Shown here piece by piece: positions 21,301-23,598 of a DNA stretch of 23,598 nucleotides; position 1 is the first letter of the stretch; every line of letters starts with the position of its first letter. A program made the translations under genes and the position numbers. Location of the stretch: NCBI GenBank assembly GCA_027604505.1, contig JADIIX010000095.1, positions 62,001-85,598 of the forward strand, in the 5' to 3' direction. This stretch comes from Gonapodya sp. JEL0774 (Eukaryota). The notes under the pieces are model-generated. The model was not told the DNA's origin and searched no databases. It saw only the letters and a list, made by a program, of their open reading frames with translations.

Positions 21301-22636
21301 GTCGATGGTTTGCGTACTTGCGGGGCAGGTTGGTGTTGCCCCAAAGTGTTTTCACATTGCCTAAATTTGAGGTCGGGCGAGGCACGGGGTGCGCTGAAGT
21401 AGTAGTCGCGGGAAGTGTCGGAGGAGCAGGTGTTGTGGAGAACGCCTGGCGATCGGAGGGCGCAGATGGAGGAGGCAGAGATGTGCTTGCCAATGCGCTT
21501 GCGCGGACAAAACTGGACCCCTGCAAGGGTATAGGCGAAACTCCTTTCGTCGTACGCGCATTTGGTGTCGAAGATTGAGATGGTTCGGGACGAAGATTTG
21601 GAGCGACTGTTTGGGGCAGTCCGGAGGATAAAGAGACTTTGTGGGCCAACGATTTGCTTGAGGGTTTGTTTTGCTGAGGGTTGATATTAGTGACAGTGTC
21701 ATCCTCTACCACAATGATTGGTAGATCTGCGGTGGGGCCGGCGGGGATTTTGCTGGAAGACGAATCACTTCCCGAGAGCGAGCTCGTCAATGGCACTTCT
21801 GAAATACGATCAGAGTGTGCCGGTGATTTGTTCTGTGGAGTGGAGTTCGGAGGGTTGCAGCTCTCTGTTGAGAGTATACTGGTGGTCGGTGATTCTTCGA
21901 CAACTCTACTGTCTGTTCCGTTGGTGGGTTTGGTTGAGGTTTGGCCTGCAGGGTTGTCTATCGAAAGCGTGTTGGTAGAGGCCAGATTTCCCATGTTACT
22001 CGTCTCCACCACTGGTCGAGTCGAAGTGGTGTTATTCCTGGCAGCATCTGTGGTTTCTGCAGGAGGCGGGTCGACACGCACAGATTTCTGGACTACCGGC
22101 GGGGAGATCGACGCAGGAACTCTGTCACTCGTGAAGGAGCTTTTCAACAGATTTTCAGGAATCTCCGCGGTTTCGGCTGCGATTCCTCGTTTCGCCGTCT
22201 GTGTCGGCCTCCTGTTGACTATCTGCTCGTGCGGCGTCAACGGGCGCCTTCTATCCCCAATGAGCGAAGAGTTGGGCGGTGATGAGCGCGGAGTTTTGGA
22301 GAAGTACGAGAAAAGAGTGCCGTCCCGAAGCTTGGACGAGTCACCAGAGAAAGGTGAAGAGCTCGACACAGTTTTGTAGTTGCCTCGACCAGAAACATCT
22401 CTCGAACGGTCATCGATACGCTGTACAATATCAATTTCATCGTCGTCGTCGTCCATTGTGAGGTCAATGGGTTCTCCCCGGTACGGTTGACGTTCGCCCG
22501 GAGCAGTTCCGGACGAGGACGGCGCATTCTGCCGACCAGGGACAGACGGTTTCGGTGGTTCGACTCGGCGTGGTTGAGGTTTCTTCAAGAGCGGGGTACG
22601 GGATCCAGGACGTGATCCGTGCTGGCGGCTGCTCAT
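15332..22636 (-). CDS. SBNO: Strawberry notch (SBNO1/2, Sno, plant FGT1-like) SF2 helicase-like nuclear protein with a long disordered N-terminus
   Basis: Spliced motifs in the expected order: [39 protein letters not shown] (Walker A, exon 20662-20625), [46 protein letters not shown] (Walker B, about 20076-20087), [181 protein letters not shown], ending GIRIPGKYV...DLDDN* (stop at 15332). The start at ATG 22636 (MSSRQH) is inferred. Confidence 0.95.
17706..17765 (-). other. Non-canonical GC-AG intron (60 nt) in SBNO
   Basis: GAG|gcaagt...ttttcaatag|CTC ACT GGC CGT restores the conserved EVAE-LTGR motif. Confidence 0.8.
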
Positions 22637-22667
22637 GAATGGTGGAGTGTCGAGGATGGATCGGTAC

Positions 22668-22738
22668 CTGACAATCAGACGGTTGATTCGACTCGTCTTG
22701 AGTCCCTGGTGACGGCGAGGTGACAGCTGAGAACTCAC
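22668..22738 (-). other. Probable 5'-UTR intron of SBNO
   Basis: Minus strand gtgagt...ctgattgtcag, 71 nt long, ending about 30 nt upstream of the ATG at 22636. Confidence 0.4.
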
Positions 22739-23598
22739 AGTAAGCCTGATGCTTGTTCGGAGATCTTGTATCCGCACACGAGGTGGCCGCCTTCACTTGG
22801 TCTTGTTTCGGAGATTCACGCGGAAGTGGGTACGAAAGAAGGTTCGAATCAGTAGGAGCAGAGGAAATCTTCAATCGCTTGAGCGCAATCTGCAATTCAG
22901 ATATACGGCAGGTTGGGCGAACTCAGAGTGAAAGTGAAAAGCCAACTATTGGATTTGGGCGTTTGCGAAGACAGACGCGGAATGGACCACCAGCTCTGAA
23001 CAGACGCACAATGTACAGTGCATACAAGAAAAAGTGTTGGCCCGCAAAACATACAGGCCCACAGATGAAGTCATGATCAAAGATTTTGCTCCTTAGCGGT
23101 CACATTCCTTGGCTGTGTAATTATGTATGTCCACCGTCGAGGTCTCCACAGCGACTCGCACCCGGTCTTTCTCACCGTCACTACAAGTAAAGCGGCCTCA
23201 ACATGTGAACACGCCGGCCAAGGGGTGGGATGAGTGTTTGCTCCTGCCTCGGTGGATGAACCAACGGGCGGCCGGGGAGCTGGCAATGGGGAGTGGGGCA
23301 GTGGGGAATTCCCGTATCGACGACGTCCCAATCAGTCACAATCGACAGGGACATGTGTTTGTGTATGTGTGTGGATTTTGACATTGTGTAAAAAACTTTT
23401 GGTGTTGTGTTGTTTATGTATTTATTGGGGATTGGGCACGGGCACACCACCAAGGAAGACCACAACGACCCGATCAAACGGTTCCAAATGTCGTGAACAA
23501 AAATCACACATACCCGGCAAGTACCCGGCAAGCACAACCACTGTTCCACCGTCCACAGTTCACCGTCCTCCGTCCACCATCCCCCGGCCCCCCCCCCC

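Noticed and set aside
21210..22379. Long + strand ORFs (232 aa, 122 aa, 113 aa)
   Set aside because: Antisense shadows of the low-complexity SBNO N-terminal exon.
23545..23598. ccgtcc-rich repeats and a terminal poly-C run
   Set aside because: Low-complexity sequence at the window edge. It is not a telomeric repeat and no feature can be supported.

Overview
Intron-rich eukaryotic DNA (about 50% GC, mostly 55-95 nt GT-AG introns). It looks like an early-diverging, chytrid-grade fungus or a similar unicellular opisthokont, but that taxon call is inference. The ORF track hides most real genes because they are spliced, so I rebuilt them by hand. From left to right: (1) a probable 3' end of a gene at 1-76; (2) a 13-exon + strand gene (582-5018, about 1187 aa) with tandem helical repeats, a UBR-box-like Zn finger, a charged helix, a Trp/Gly beta-rich segment and a C-terminal 12-Cys PHF5A/Rds3-like Zn knot, an architecture I do not recognise; (3) a 3-exon + strand gene (6148-8540) with a long disordered region, an NLS-like motif and a C-terminal FABP/calycin-like domain; (4) two tandem paralogous 4-exon minus-strand genes (9497-10347 and 11172-12291) encoding secreted prepro-proteins with two granulin-like Cys modules (12+10 Cys), whose 3' halves are nearly identical; (5) a probable decayed ADP-ribosyltransferase-fold (STS motif) pseudogene at about 13120-13790 on the minus strand; (6) a complete Strawberry notch (SBNO) helicase-like gene (15332-22636, minus strand). 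I found no rRNA, tRNA, CRISPR or recognisable transposon. All domain calls come from motif recognition by eye, with no database searches.
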